Shown here: piece by piece, positions 9,108 through 19,600 of the stretch
Position numbering within the stretch: the stretch's first letter is position 1
How the letters are laid out: each line of letters opens with the position of its first letter
Origin: an uncultured virus (IMG/VR IMGVR_UViG_3300020411_003822)
Lineage: Duplodnaviria; Heunggongvirae; Uroviricota; Caudoviricetes
IMG/VR virus record: IMGVR_UViG_3300020411_003822
DNA length: 64,000 bases
Reading direction: 5' to 3' (one strand)
Translations under genes and position numbers: made by a program
Notes under the pieces: generated by a model
Told to the model about the DNA's origin: nothing
Databases searched by the model: none
Seen by the model: only the letters and a program-made list of their open reading frames with translations

Positions 9108-10064
9108 ATGGTAAGCAATAGCAGCACCGGTAAGGAATACAACCCTGGAGGGTTGAAGGCACTGACAAAATATTTCACTTACGCAGAAATTGGTAAGCAG
9201 GGATTAGGCAGTGGTAAGGTGGGCGATTTTGCGAATATCAACGAATTAGAAGGAAACTTCGACATATTGGAGAATATTGACGGAACAGTGGCAGGCTACA
9301 ACTGCCAACAGATTTCCATAGATGATGAAAGCACATGGCCCGTTTGGGTCCGAATCGAGGCACAAGGCTTCCGCATGGATAACATCCTGGAATCTTTTGG
9401 TTGCCCGTGCTCGACACCAACTCCAGTCGAAGACCCAATCAGGGGAGAAGTGTACTGTCAAGAATGTGGATACATCAATGACGGATTACAACACTTCGAT
9501 GAGGACATGGACATGGACCTTGCTGAAGATGAATACGAATACGAAGAAGACCAATACTATGGTTGGACCGAGAACGATCTGTTTAGGGCCTTCGGGCTCC
9601 ATGCTCAAATCAGGTTTGAGGAAACAGCAGTAGAATATCTTGAGTCAGAAGAGGAAGAACAAAAGAAGAGGATTGACCGAATATGGCAAGATAGCCGAAG
9701 GCCCTCTATACAGTTTAACTTCGATGCAGATGGATACTACATCGGTAAACGGGAACAACCTCCACCGTTGGAATACGATGCTCGTTATATTGCGGAAACG
9801 AATATGACCGTAAAAGTCAGGAATATGATGACTGGCGAGTATGTAACAAAAGTGATTCACAAAATCAGCAATGAATGGAGCCCAAACAGCGAAAGAATTG
9901 GGCTGGGAGTAACAATGAAATCCCAGCACGACCAAAAGGTATGGCACGCTCGTAAGCAGTTTGACGACCATTTCGCAAGATGTAACGGGCACCCAGGTAA
10001 CTGTCTTGAATGCCACAGAACCGACAAGCGGCTTCAAAAGTTGATTGCGCATAGATCCCACTAA
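9108..10064 (+). CDS. Protein with internal TFIIB-type zinc ribbon
   Basis: CPCS..VEDPIRGEVYCQECGYI; acidic middle; C-terminal CxxH..CxxC. Confidence 0.7.
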   Translation: MVSNSSTGKEYNPGGLKALTKYFTYAEIGKQGLGSGKVGDFANINELEGNFDILENIDGTVAGYNCQQISIDDESTWPVWVRIEAQGFRMDNILESFGCPCSTPTPVEDPIRGEVYCQECGYINDGLQHFDEDMDMDLAEDEYEYEEDQYYGWTENDLFRAFGLHAQIRFEETAVEYLESEEEEQKKRIDRIWQDSRRPSIQFNFDADGYYIGKREQPPPLEYDARYIAETNMTVKVRNMMTGEYVTKVIHKISNEWSPNSERIGLGVTMKSQHDQKVWHARKQFDDHFARCNGHPGNCLECHRTDKRLQKLIAHRSH

Positions 10065-10128
10065 AGAATGAAACTGGATTCTACGGAAGGAGTAAAACAG
10101 CGTAGGAACAGAAAACAGATAGCTGAAC

Positions 10129-10284
10129 ATGGCAAAGACACCGAGTGGAGAAAGACCACGAAAGAAATCGGTCCGAAAGGAGCGAAGAAAACATGGCAAA
10201 TACCGTAAAGGTGGCCGTAAAGGAGAAAGAAGTAACATTGGGGAACCAGGAAAAAACAATCCCCATGTTAAGAAAAAAATCTGA
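10129..10284 (+). CDS. Very basic 51-aa peptide
   Basis: GCTGAAC-ATG to the TGA of TCTGAAC; MAKTPSGERPRKKSVRKERRKHGKYRKGGRKG... Confidence 0.55.
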   Translation: MAKTPSGERPRKKSVRKERRKHGKYRKGGRKGERSNIGEPGKNNPHVKKKI

Positions 10285-10286
10285 AC

Positions 10287-10568
10287 ATGACTTCGGACAT
10301 TAAAGTGCTTGCAGCACTGGAGAAGGATGAGATTGACCCTTTCTGGGTAGACCAGAAGGGCAAATCAATGCGAGTGAACAAAATCACCCGCGATGTATGG
10401 ACTACAGTATTACCCTACGAAATAATTGGAACAAAGGATTTTGCAGAAATCACATATGTTGCCCCTGACGGCAAGATTGGATTTTACGAAATGCCTTTCC
10501 ACAGATTCAAATTATTCGTTGAGAGTGGAATCTTCCATCCTTTAGAGGTAATCGAGAACGAATACTGA
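10287..10568 (+). CDS. Hypothetical protein
   Basis: Motif-bounded ORF. Confidence 0.65.
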   Translation: MTSDIKVLAALEKDEIDPFWVDQKGKSMRVNKITRDVWTTVLPYEIIGTKDFAEITYVAPDGKIGFYEMPFHRFKLFVESGIFHPLEVIENEY

Positions 10569-10739
10569 ACATGACAACATATCCAGAGAGATTTGATGTT
10601 AGGGAGTTGGTTAAACTCGATATAGAGGAACTAACAGGATTACACTTGGCTCTAAGTGAAGATAAGAGGAGGGTTGATGACGCAATAGCAGTCAAAAACG
10701 GAACCAAAACACTTGGAGAGTGTAAAGAATAATCTGAAC

Positions 10740-11051
10740 ATGACCGAAACTATGACTGAATTAGTTGAGGATGAGACGATGATCCAGATACCAGCAGAAG
10801 ATTTTGCTTGGCTTATCGGAATAAGTAATGACGCATTGAAGGAACTCAAAAAGCACAGGGAAGCCGGAACTCGCATAGAGTCAGATTACCTGTATGAATT
10901 CATTCAACATATGGGAGATAAACCATTACACAAGATTCTTCTCGAAAATTGCATCGAACCGGAACCAATATGCTGCCTTACATGCGGCAGTTGTGATGGT
11001 TGCGATTGCGAAGAGATACAAGCAGCAGACGCAATGATTGCGTATGTATGA
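10740..11051 (+). CDS. Hypothetical protein with Cys cluster
   Basis: TCTGAAC-ATG; CCLTCGSCDGCDC. Confidence 0.6.
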   Translation: MTETMTELVEDETMIQIPAEDFAWLIGISNDALKELKKHREAGTRIESDYLYEFIQHMGDKPLHKILLENCIEPEPICCLTCGSCDGCDCEEIQAADAMIAYV

Positions 11052-11061
11052 TACAGAACAC

Positions 11062-11301
11062 GCCCTCATTGAGTAAAGATTGGAGCATCAGGCCAATCTT
11101 TCTCAAGTTCCATGATTGAGTGAAGTTGGAGTGTTTACCAATCTTCCTCAAGGAACCCTGCTTCAGTAACAGGTGGGGGCACCTTAACACTAAACACGCC
11201 CCCAGAATTGGTGAAGATAAGGCCGTGGACGAACCTGCAAAGGAAAGCCTCGCGGACGAATCTTGATTCAAGGAACCCCCTGCGTCAAAGCAGGTGGGGG
11301 C
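11062..11301 (+). ncRNA. Two tandem homologous structured RNAs (11062-11180 and 11198-11301)
   Basis: Each closed by GCCC(T/C)CA...TGGGGGC; shared TCAAGGAACCC..CTGC..CAGGTGGGGGC; separated by CCTTAAC-ACTAAAC. Confidence 0.6.
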
Positions 11302-11316
11302 ACCTCAACACTAAAC

Positions 11317-11688
11317 ATGTCTCAATACATCAATGTAGTGGACAAGGATTCGCTCATGGCAGCATGGGCGTGTGGGCAGGGACCAAACAAGACCAAGTGC
11401 ATTATCCCAAATGTCGTAATTGATTACGGTCAAGGGGAATATGCCGCCAGGGACTTAGTAGGTTACTTGCAAAGAATCAGTTACGAAGACGGCTCTGGCT
11501 TGTCCTTCGAAATCTCAATGTATATCAATTGCACTAAGATGGAAGACGAACCAGAAATGGAACTCGTACATGGGTATTTGGATCTTCGCAAGACGAAGAA
11601 CAACAACACCCAGGTAATCGTGGGCGACAACAACATTCAGGTAAGTGGAAACATGACTCTGAATGATTCCGTTGTTATCCGTGATTGA
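11317..11688 (+). CDS. Hypothetical protein, paralog of 11708
   Basis: GYLQRISYEDGSGLSFEISMY. Confidence 0.7.
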   Translation: MSQYINVVDKDSLMAAWACGQGPNKTKCIIPNVVIDYGQGEYAARDLVGYLQRISYEDGSGLSFEISMYINCTKMEDEPEMELVHGYLDLRKTKNNNTQVIVGDNNIQVSGNMTLNDSVVIRD

Positions 11689-11707
11689 TAATTACAGAAC
11701 ACTAAAC

Positions 11708-12067
11708 ATGACAAACCGAAGAGGTATTTTTGTCGTTAGGAGTCTCAAGGACCTAATGTGGGCCTTCGAGAAACAAGAGGTAATCGAAATCCGAGATGTA
11801 AACGCCTTCAAGGGCACCGACATTGGAAAAATTACCCTAAGAGGAACCGTGCAGAAAATTGAATATGAAGACGGAAGCGGTAAATCATTCGTGATAAGAA
11901 TGTATGTCCATGACCAGTTTGGGAGACCCCATACGGTTGAAGGCCATGTATGCCTAAAGAATGGAAAACCGAAGCGTAAGAAATCAAAGAAAGCACGAAT
12001 TGTAAAAAACAATCACGAACCAGGAACTTGGAGAGGAGCAAATCTCCGAGACGAGGAGAGTGAATAG
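11708..12067 (+). CDS. Hypothetical protein, paralog of 11317
   Basis: GTVQKIEYEDGSGKSFVIRMY. Confidence 0.7.
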   Translation: MTNRRGIFVVRSLKDLMWAFEKQEVIEIRDVNAFKGTDIGKITLRGTVQKIEYEDGSGKSFVIRMYVHDQFGRPHTVEGHVCLKNGKPKRKKSKKARIVKNNHEPGTWRGANLRDEESE

Positions 12068-12087
12068 ACAGAACACAATACAAATAC

Positions 12088-12122
12088 GACCCATCACTGG
12101 GAGCCAGTGATGGGTCTTTTTT
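12088..12122 (+). terminator. Hairpin + T tract
   Basis: GACCCATCACTGG-GAG-CCAGTGATGGGTC-TTTTTT. Confidence 0.8.
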
Positions 12123-12155
12123 ACGGCCCTCCCGAAAAGGGGGTATGAACTCAAC

Positions 12156-12746
12156 ATGCCAAGAAGATATTCAGATAGAAGAATTTTCAGAGTGGTAAGT
12201 CACCCAAACGGTGAGTATGAAGTGATCTTCCGATGTAATGAGGAAGAGGCACAAAGGTTAGCCATCATCGACCAAACTCAAATTACAAGCAGCGAAACGA
12301 TGGAGATACAGGCGATATTTGACATGATTAAGAAAAAACCTGCTGACAACAATCTTCTCGAAAGAAGATTCGAAGTAGCTGTGCAAACTGGACCAGCGGT
12401 TCACGATACAGAGACAAGTCAAGCAGCAAAGCCCACCAGAAGAAGGTGGACACAAAACTTAGCCTATGCTTGGAGAATAATCGTCAATGCTGGAGAGAAT
12501 GGTATCACTGATGAACAAGCAGGTTTCCAATTCGCAAAAATGAGAGGAAGGCCTGTGTTAGACATTGGTAGCAGTTGGCGACCAACAAGAGGAACCTTAG
12601 TTGAGAAAAGACTGGTGAGAGATTCAGGGCGCAAAAGAGAATTACGCTCTGGAAACGAAGGAATTGTTTGGGTCGCTAACGACCTAAACTGGCAACCACC
12701 AGAATTGAACTCCTACATTGAGGATCCTCCAGAAGAGGAAGAATAA
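12156..12746 (+). CDS. Winged-helix DNA-binding protein (phage type)
   Basis: SSWRPTRGTLVEKRLVRDSGRKRELRSGNEGIVW. Confidence 0.6.
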   Translation: MPRRYSDRRIFRVVSHPNGEYEVIFRCNEEEAQRLAIIDQTQITSSETMEIQAIFDMIKKKPADNNLLERRFEVAVQTGPAVHDTETSQAAKPTRRRWTQNLAYAWRIIVNAGENGITDEQAGFQFAKMRGRPVLDIGSSWRPTRGTLVEKRLVRDSGRKRELRSGNEGIVWVANDLNWQPPELNSYIEDPPEEEE

Positions 12747-12752
12747 CTGAAC

Positions 12753-13085
12753 ATGGTCGAGAAAGTCGATTACGAAGAAGAGGGCGTGGTAGCACGCAAA
12801 CTTGTGGAGGAAATAATGACAATGAGAAAGGAAAGGGCTCATCACAACGCTGAGATTCGCAGAATCAAAAAAGAGGAAGACGAAGCAGAAAAAGAACTGA
12901 TGGAACTACTCAAAGCAAAACCAGCGGGTAGCCAAAGCATCACCTTAGACCGAAAAGTGGAAAAGGTTCTGATTGTCGGTATTGGTGAAAGAAGTGGTGG
13001 CGGACATTTCGTGGATGCATGGTCTAAACCAATCGTTGCATATGCAAAGGACGCAAAGCACGCAAACAAATTGGGGTTGGACTAA
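12753..13085 (+). CDS. Coiled-coil hypothetical protein
   Basis: Motif-started ORF. Confidence 0.65.
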   Translation: MVEKVDYEEEGVVARKLVEEIMTMRKERAHHNAEIRRIKKEEDEAEKELMELLKAKPAGSQSITLDRKVEKVLIVGIGERSGGGHFVDAWSKPIVAYAKDAKHANKLGLD

Positions 13086-13556
13086 TGTCAGAAATTAACC
13101 GTCTGAAACTATTCCCAGAAAGTTGGGACCTTTCGCTATGGACTCCATCAATTGATGAAAATTGTCGAGTAATAGAATCACACGGAGTATTCAACAAAAA
13201 TGAGATTGTTGTCATTGAAACAACAATACCTGGACAGGACTTCCTGTTCGTCTCTAAACTGTTGGATCCAAGTGCAAGGGGTGAAATCCCTAAATCAAAT
13301 CTTGAACAATTAAACTGAACATGGCAAAGATTTGCGAAAGAGAAGGCTGCAGAACAATAATTGCAGCAGGGTCAAGGCACAATTGCAGACAATGTGCAAG
13401 GTGCCTAAGGATTTACGGGAGGTGGACAAATGGGAAAAATAACACTTCAAGTGATTCAACCATCATTAGATGAAGGAGTTTGTTGGCTTCAGCCAAGAAC
13501 ATGCGGTAACTGCCCAGCCAATGGTTGTGGTAAGTGCCCAAATGCACAAACTGAAC

Positions 13557-14555
13557 ATGGGTCTTTTTGGAAAGAAGAAGATTAGTTGGGAAGATGACGA
13601 AGATGAAGTCATCGAAGTTCCAAACGAAAGTAAGGATATTGAAGAAATACCAACCAAGACCGAAAAACCACCCGAAACAGTGAGCAAAAAGAAAGTTGAA
13701 AGCACACCCAGGGAATTTGTTGCAACTAAAACAAGCAACGAACCCAGGAGAGTTTCAACAGTCACCGAGCGCCTAAACAGGCTAAGCATCAATCAACGAA
13801 TGCAACTTATGAGTGACATAGCTTCCTCTGTAATTGAGGGGCATATTGCTGCAGCACTAATCGGGGGTTCACCTGGACTTGGAAAAACACACGAAGTAGT
13901 GGAAGTATTGCTGAAAAGGAAATACAAAAGAGTGGAACATGAAGACTACCTCATTATCAGGGCTGGAGTATCAGCCTTTGGTGTTTACAAATTAGTGGTC
14001 CAATGGGCTGAAAAGGCACTTCAAGCCAAAGCAGACGCACAAGGGAAGAAGGGCGCAAGTGGGAAACCTGCAAAGGTGAAAATCCCAATCATTGTGTTCG
14101 ATGATGTCCCCATATGGTCTGACAAAAGAATGGTAGATTTGCTAAAGGCACTGATGGATACCAGCGACAGGAGAATTGTTTCGTGGCTAACGGATAGAGC
14201 AGCAATCGATCCTGAAGAAGCGAAGAGACTGGGCAAATTACCTGCCCAAGTAGAGTTCACCGGTGGCGTAATCGTAATCACTAATGAGGAAGAGAAGAAA
14301 ATGAACTCGGCCATCCTCGACAGAACAATGTATCTCCCTATCGAAGTAACTGATGAGGAGATGATGGTCCGAATGAGAACACTCATCGACAAAGTAGAGC
14401 CAAAGATGGACAAAGTCCTCAAAAGGAATGTTCTTGAGTGGCTATTGTCAGATGAGTATGAAGGACAAGAGCGTTCAATGAGAACTCTCGTCAAAGCACT
14501 CAAACTTGCTCGCGCTAATCCCAAGAATTGGAAGCGCATGGTGCAAGTTGTGTGA
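13557..14555 (+). CDS. AAA-family ATPase
   Basis: Walker A GSPGLGKT, Walker B IIVFDD, sensor ITN, Arg finger AILDR; start at the motif ATG. Confidence 0.85.
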   Translation: MGLFGKKKISWEDDEDEVIEVPNESKDIEEIPTKTEKPPETVSKKKVESTPREFVATKTSNEPRRVSTVTERLNRLSINQRMQLMSDIASSVIEGHIAAALIGGSPGLGKTHEVVEVLLKRKYKRVEHEDYLIIRAGVSAFGVYKLVVQWAEKALQAKADAQGKKGASGKPAKVKIPIIVFDDVPIWSDKRMVDLLKALMDTSDRRIVSWLTDRAAIDPEEAKRLGKLPAQVEFTGGVIVITNEEEKKMNSAILDRTMYLPIEVTDEEMMVRMRTLIDKVEPKMDKVLKRNVLEWLLSDEYEGQERSMRTLVKALKLARANPKNWKRMVQVV

Positions 14556-14810
14556 TACTGAACATGAAGAAAAAAGTCATTGTCTTATGGACAGATGATT
14601 TGGACAGAGAGCATGCTTACCTCATTGAAGGTAAAGACCTAATTGATCCAGAAGCATTTGCTTTTCACTTGCGATGTCACAAAACAGTAAAACGAGTGAA
14701 AACAATACAATTAGAAGAAATCAGGAACGAGCATGCACCTGTAATAATTCGTTCACTGCAACCACTTCCGAAAGAATTCGGAACACTGATGAAAGAGATG
14801 AAAACTGAAC

Positions 14811-15902
14811 ATGGGACGGAAGAAGAAGAAAACCGTTGAAAAGGAGGCAGATGACGGCATCCAACACATAATGTGGATGAACCGAATATTTGCAGATGAT
14901 TTGTATGAAGACCCTAAGGGCGAAGCCGTAGAAGACAACTATTCAGAAGTGATGAATAGTTTTGTCGCTTGGGCGGCTGGCTCGCACGGCGAGGGAATGA
15001 AGGATTTACTGGAACCTTCGCCAAGCAAGGATTACGAGGTACAAATACAGGGAGACATAGGCGATGACACTTTCAAAAAGTTCGCTATGGTCAGAAGCTT
15101 TTTGCGATTCAAATCAAGTCAAGATGAATGCGAAGAACACTTTTGTAACGCAGAACAGTTGGTAGAATGGGTCGCCACAAACGACTCCAAACACCGACTT
15201 CAAGGGGGAGATCTAAAGGAATTCGAGTTGATCATCCCACACATAACTGCGAATGCCGAAGAAATCGGAATCACATTTATCGAGGGGCAACCCCTTGAAG
15301 AATCAATCATTGACAATGCTACAGAAGCAACTCCTGACACAAATGCTGAAGAGGTACTCGAAGCAGCATTGGAGAAGCAAGAGCAAATCGCAAAGGAAAT
15401 TGAAGAAAAAGCAGAAGAGGAGCAGGTCGAACCTGAACCAGAATCTTCTGTTGAAGAAGAGAAAGGAACTGAAACTGAAGATGAAACCGAGGAAGAGCAT
15501 GTGCACGGTCCAAACTGTAATCATTCTCACGAAGAACTCGAAGACGATGAGTATGTGCACTTCAAGTACGAGGTCCTGGAAAGTCCACAAGAGGAAGACC
15601 CAAGAGATAGTGACCCCGAATGGGGCCTAAACGGGGATCCTTTACCTGTGGTAAGAGGAAGCGAAGGATTGGTTTCATGGTCTGCTTTAGCAACTGTTGT
15701 TGAAAAACAGGAAGGCATTGAAGACCTAATCCAGAAGAAACCAGATTTCGACAAAATGTTTGCATCTGCAATTGAAGAGATGCACAAAGATGGAGTAATG
15801 CAGAATGGCCGATGTCTAATTGACGCTATATTGGTCGTGCTGGAAATAGATCCACGAATGGCGCATCGAATAGTAGCAATCTACGAACAGGTGCAAAACT
15901 GA
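14811..15902 (+). CDS. Highly acidic hypothetical protein
   Basis: 363-aa ORF, Glu-rich, HVHGPNCNHSH. Confidence 0.75.
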   Translation: MGRKKKKTVEKEADDGIQHIMWMNRIFADDLYEDPKGEAVEDNYSEVMNSFVAWAAGSHGEGMKDLLEPSPSKDYEVQIQGDIGDDTFKKFAMVRSFLRFKSSQDECEEHFCNAEQLVEWVATNDSKHRLQGGDLKEFELIIPHITANAEEIGITFIEGQPLEESIIDNATEATPDTNAEEVLEAALEKQEQIAKEIEEKAEEEQVEPEPESSVEEEKGTETEDETEEEHVHGPNCNHSHEELEDDEYVHFKYEVLESPQEEDPRDSDPEWGLNGDPLPVVRGSEGLVSWSALATVVEKQEGIEDLIQKKPDFDKMFASAIEEMHKDGVMQNGRCLIDAILVVLEIDPRMAHRIVAIYEQVQN

Positions 15903-15904
15903 AC

Positions 15905-16336
15905 ATGGCACTCGCAGAACCATTTAGCGAAGAGAGTGAGGCATTTCAATGGAAGAAATGCAATACAACAAGCCAATGCTGCGTATCATGTGGTAATTCG
16001 ATGCAGAAGGGGAAAATAGCCCTTCTAATCAAAAATGCACACGACACCACAGAAAAAAAGCAGTATCTTTGGCTATGTTGCAGATGTATCTACCGATTTG
16101 CAGAAATAATCAAAGCGGGAATAGAAACAGATAGGATTTACCTACAAAAAAACAGCAGTACAGGAACTGGATGCATTCATTGCGGTGGAAGAGTCACCAA
16201 AGGACAGATTCACCTCAAACTATGCAATGCAAGCGATAGTATTCGAACAAAGAAAGAATTGTGGATTCACAGAAAATGCAGAATCCCATTTGCGAACAAA
16301 ATCAAAAGTAAACTTGTACTGCCACAGAAGAAATGA
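15905..16336 (+). CDS. Tandem zinc-finger protein (PARP-type-like)
   Basis: Two repeats of CxxCG....KG....W(L/I)(C/H)xxC. Confidence 0.6.
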   Translation: MALAEPFSEESEAFQWKKCNTTSQCCVSCGNSMQKGKIALLIKNAHDTTEKKQYLWLCCRCIYRFAEIIKAGIETDRIYLQKNSSTGTGCIHCGGRVTKGQIHLKLCNASDSIRTKKELWIHRKCRIPFANKIKSKLVLPQKK

Positions 16337-16639
16337 AATGGTAGGTATCAATAAGACTGAACATGGGGGTACAAGACGCACACGAACTGTTTGGGCGCGG
16401 GTTGTTACATTGGAACTTACTGGTTCAAAGAATTGACTTTGATGAATTCAAAGATATTCTTGAATCAGTAAGAGGATTCCGCATTTCTGAGGAATACGCC
16501 TTACAATGCTGGGAACTATTTCCAAATCCAATGGAATTGAAGTTGAAATTGAAAGGAGAATTTACAAAATTCTCGAAATTAGCAACAATGAGAACAAGTG
16601 GCTTTGGGATCCATAGAGATCTTACGCCATAAACTGAAC

Positions 16640-17758
16640 ATGGATGACTTTGTACACGATGCAAGGAGCTGTGGCTGGTGCAAGAAAGCATTAGCCGCAA
16701 AAAGGAGAAAGACATCACCTGTTGGTCCAGAATGCGAAAATAGCCTGCCTGAGCAGTGCAATGTCGCATTACTGAATCTAACACAACATTCTTCTGAGCA
16801 TGGCCATCCAGGCACAGCAAGTGAAAATGCCCAACGAGCAATTGACAACTATTTCGGAGATGAAATAGATTTGGTATTGACATTTGACATGTGGTTTTAC
16901 AATGACATAAGCGAGGCAACAATCAATGCTTTTTGGAATGATGATGGAGATCTAAAACATATCCATTTCATCAATCCTGACGGCGGAGACGACTTGCTTG
17001 ATGAAGAAGATAGGCCATTTTACAACAAAGAAGAATTGACACTACGAAGAAGAGTAGCAATGATGCTCGACAAAAGAACCAAGACGAAAATAGTCGTCAA
17101 GCACATCGATGCAGATTGGATTTGGTTCTTGAATGGAGGCCATTACAGTGGTCCAATATGTTCAAGAAGAAATCCAGAAGAAGTCGCAAAGGAAAATGGG
17201 TGGGATTATCCTATTCGAGTTTGCGGATATTGCAGCCTGATGGTTGCAGATTACGATATGATCGATGAGGCAGAAAGGATGACGGAGAAAATCGAACAAC
17301 AGAAAAAACAAATCTGTTGTTGTGGTTTAGGAGATGCAATTTACAAGAAACTGATAGACCAGTATGATGCGTCAGCATTACGAGAAAGTCTTGATGTTCG
17401 AATGGCAGACATCACCCGCCACGAATGGTTTAGAGAACATAACGCTGGCTTTTTGGGCTTGTTAGAACAATACACAGTTGATGGACATGACTACGAATAC
17501 CCTGGCTTGGTAAAACATGAACAAGTTGGAGAAGTGTTCGAAAATGGCGGCTACGAAATTGAATTCGATAGCGATTTAGGCCAAGACATCTTGGTAAACA
17601 ACATACTACCTATTTTTCTAAGAGGCCTAACAACAGGGTTCGATGAAAAGTGGAATTATGTGGTTGGTAAATTAACACAGCAAGAATATGGTGCCTGGAA
17701 AGACTGGATGACAGCAGTAATGCGACCAGTCGATTTTGACGGACCATATCTACTGAAC
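16640..17758 (+). CDS. Hypothetical Cys-containing protein; no stop before the motif at 17752
   Basis: Motif start at 16640; continues in frame into the 17759 gene. Confidence 0.6.
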
Positions 17759-18235
17759 ATGAGCAGAACAGTTGGACGACTGGAAAGAGCAACGGTGATA
17801 CCCATATTGAGGTTAGACCGTGACCCAGAACCACCACACTGGCAATCAGAATTTCCGGATTTACGCAGTATGACTGCTAAAATCGATACAGGCGCGAAAT
17901 CAAACACACTGAGAGTAGAGCAATTAGATTACAAGGAAAAAAGCGGCATTCAATATGTAGCTTACAAATTAGGGGGCGAATGGAGCCCCTGGATAGAGTT
18001 TGACAGAAAGGTGGTTAAATCATCAAACGGATTTGCAGAGAACAGGCCATGCATATTGTGCTGGTTTTCTCTTGGAATCGGTGATGAGCGGATCACGCAC
18101 GAATATGCGTGGTTCACAATTACAGAAAATACACAAATGAGAAACCCAATTTTGATTGGTCGAGACACACTTAGAGCAAATCGATTAGCAGTAGAGGTGT
18201 GGGAATCATTCAAATTGGGGAGACTCAGGGACTGA
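17759..18235 (+). CDS. Retropepsin-like (RimK/LysX-associated, 'ATP-dependent Zn protease' family) protease
   Basis: AKIDTGAKS...KSSNG...NPILIGRDTL; begins at an internal ACTGAAC-ATG. Confidence 0.75.
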   Translation: MSRTVGRLERATVIPILRLDRDPEPPHWQSEFPDLRSMTAKIDTGAKSNTLRVEQLDYKEKSGIQYVAYKLGGEWSPWIEFDRKVVKSSNGFAENRPCILCWFSLGIGDERITHEYAWFTITENTQMRNPILIGRDTLRANRLAVEVWESFKLGRLRD

Positions 18236-18237
18236 AC

Positions 18238-18486
18238 ATGGACGGACAGATGAGAGGTTCGGAACGGTTTACCTATGATAAATCATGGGAGGAAATTGAA
18301 GCAAAATTAGACGAGGCGGAAAGATTGCAAAACGCACACTACACTGCATTGCAAAAAGGTGGATTAACTCGAAAACAAAAGTTACACCACATGAAGCAAT
18401 ACAAAGGATTGGAAGGAGCGGTTGCAACTCTTAGGTGGGCTCTCGGAGATCCACAATTCGACCCACTGACAGGAAAGAGGGATTAG
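18238..18486 (+). CDS. Hypothetical helical protein
   Basis: Motif-started ORF. Confidence 0.65.
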   Translation: MDGQMRGSERFTYDKSWEEIEAKLDEAERLQNAHYTALQKGGLTRKQKLHHMKQYKGLEGAVATLRWALGDPQFDPLTGKRD

Positions 18487-18743
18487 ATGAGTAGAATACC
18501 CCTTGATGTCAAAGTAGGTGACAGAGTTACCAGCACCCAATTGAAAAAGCACGGTTTAGTAAGAGATACTCCCTTGCACAAAGGAAGTAAAACTTGGACT
18601 GTGGTTGAAATCAATGAAGGTACGACAACAATGTCAGGGTTTTCTGGAAAGAAGAAGAAAGCACCAAGAGAAATGAAGATTACCCGCATTGTCTTACAAG
18701 CACGAAATGGAGTAAAAACCAGAACATTCTGGTACAACTGAAC

Positions 18744-19295
18744 ATGGCCTTAGACAAGCGTAAGCGAAGGAAGGTAAATTCTTTGGTGCAGAAAATCTCT
18801 GCTCAAAGAAAATTGATTCGGACTGGCCGAATAGAAGGCAACCGAGAAGAGGAAAGAGAGATGTGTGTAGAAATCTCACATCTGATTGGCAATGCGAAAT
18901 GTGATTTAGGCATGCCAGCAGAACATTTCGAGCACAATCTAATTGACTTTGACACAGGATTGATTGAATGTCACTCCCTACCCGTCAAGGAAAAGGGGGA
19001 ATGGAAAATCAAGAGAGATGAAAAGAAGCAAAACGAACTCCGAATGGAGATCGAGCATCTTCGAAGTGGCAGAGCGGGCATTTATGTCAATCACGCCACA
19101 GGTAAGAGGATTAGTGAAAAGCGATTTTTGAAATTGACGCCTAAAGAACAAAAAGAATGGACAAAAGGCGGCATCATTACTCAAACATTAGTTCACGCTG
19201 ATAGAATTATTGCTGAAGAGAAAGGTCAAACAACAAAGGCCTTAGAACTCGCAGCATTAAATGGAGAATTCACACTCTACCAGGCGAAGGAATAG
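18744..19295 (+). CDS. Hypothetical protein
   Basis: Motif-started ORF carrying the YxHxxTGxxI module. Confidence 0.7.
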   Translation: MALDKRKRRKVNSLVQKISAQRKLIRTGRIEGNREEEREMCVEISHLIGNAKCDLGMPAEHFEHNLIDFDTGLIECHSLPVKEKGEWKIKRDEKKQNELRMEIEHLRSGRAGIYVNHATGKRISEKRFLKLTPKEQKEWTKGGIITQTLVHADRIIAEEKGQTTKALELAALNGEFTLYQAKE

Positions 19296-19306
19296 AGATA
19301 CTGAAC

Positions 19307-19600
19307 ATGGTTGGATATATTCCCAATAAGAGGAAGGAAACCAAAGGGGAAAGAGAATTTCCCTATGAGGAAGGAGATAACTTCGATGCAATAGGACACG
19401 GTTCATCGTGTCCTGTATGTGAAGCAAAATGGTACGAGGACTGTGAGCCAGGAGAACCTGGTTTCTACTGTGAAAATACAGATGCACGGGGCCAGCACTA
19501 CGAAGCAAGTTGCGAAAAGTGCGGTTATCAAGCAGTCATAGAACTGAAAGCCGTAGTAGCTTCACAATCTTGGAAAACTGAACATGCCGAATTGGTGTAA
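19307..19600 (+). CDS. Zinc-ribbon protein
   Basis: CPVC...CEKC. Confidence 0.6.
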   Translation: MVGYIPNKRKETKGEREFPYEEGDNFDAIGHGSSCPVCEAKWYEDCEPGEPGFYCENTDARGQHYEASCEKCGYQAVIELKAVVASQSWKTEHAELV

